In this document: positions 63,495 to 64,000 of the stretch, piece after piece | Position numbering within the stretch: position 1 is the stretch's first letter | How the letters are laid out: each line of letters starts with the position of its first letter | Position numbers and translations under genes: made by a program | The notes under the pieces: generated by a model | What the model saw: only the letters and a program-made list of their open reading frames with translations | Told to the model about the DNA's origin: nothing | The model's database searches: none | NCBI RefSeq assembly: GCF_964355755.1 | Contig: NC_092670.1 | Location: 15,176,795-15,240,794, forward strand | From: Antedon mediterranea | Taxonomy: Eukaryota; Animalia; Echinodermata | DNA: 64,000 bases | Direction: 5' to 3'

Positions 63495-64000
63495 AATGAC
63501 CTGCCAAAAATTAAAAGTCATGGCTTAAAAAGATTGCTGGGTACCTATATTTCAAAGAAAATCTATTACGGGAGCAAGATATGTCAAGGCATGTGTATGT
63601 TTAAATGTAATTTTCCGTATTTCTCAAGTATTATTATTGAGAAGAAACACCCCTAACAATATTTAATATATCAGAACTATAAGAGTATGTATTTTTCTTT
63701 TTATTATTACTTCCCAATTTAGTTGACTGAAAATAAATGGTGTCAGGTTATAGAATTATCTTCCATAATTGATTTTGTTGGTCTTGTGTGAGTATGATAC
63801 TGTGTAATAAATATAATAAGTCGCCAAATTGTTTAGATTATGGAGATACGTGTAGCGTTTTCCACATTTTATTTATGATAACTCTCTGCACCCGTCTGAT
63901 GCTGTTGACCCGTTCATACCTTTCAATCGACTTTATACAGTCTCTGCTTAGCAACAATTGCAACTTTGAACGCTATATCTGGTATCTAGATATGTAATAT

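Overview
AT-rich, intron-containing animal DNA. The style (GT-AG introns, EGF/VWD/ZP/LU genes, abundant TAGGCCTA, Academ/Penelope/P-type elements) suggests a marine invertebrate deuterostome such as an echinoderm; this is inference only. Manual splicing gives five genes, all for secreted or cell-surface proteins. (1) The 5' part of a large EMI-EGFx5-VWD protein on the minus strand (10381 to <1, SCO-spondin/hemolectin/otogelin-like), with a lysine-free, very acidic N-terminus. (2) A divergently transcribed 3-exon Ly6/uPAR (three-finger), probably GPI-anchored gene (16021-19210). (3-5) A tandem array of three ~800-aa zona pellucida (ZP) module genes on the minus strand. They have an N-terminal HYRGGTFYWE...NNSP...DPDGD..CRW region and an Ig-like domain that resemble microbial adhesin modules, and they lack a transmembrane anchor. 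Copy C (48082-63494) is intact, copy B (38699-46097) lacks coding exon 2, and copy A (26775-35933) has a 2-bp frameshift. The remainder is repeats: a decayed Academ-like transposase, LINE 3' fragments, a Penelope-like element with a minimal hammerhead ribozyme motif, several MITE families, P-element-like elements with 7-bp TSDs and apparent P-element excision footprints. Exon coordinates were derived by hand and no database search was run.
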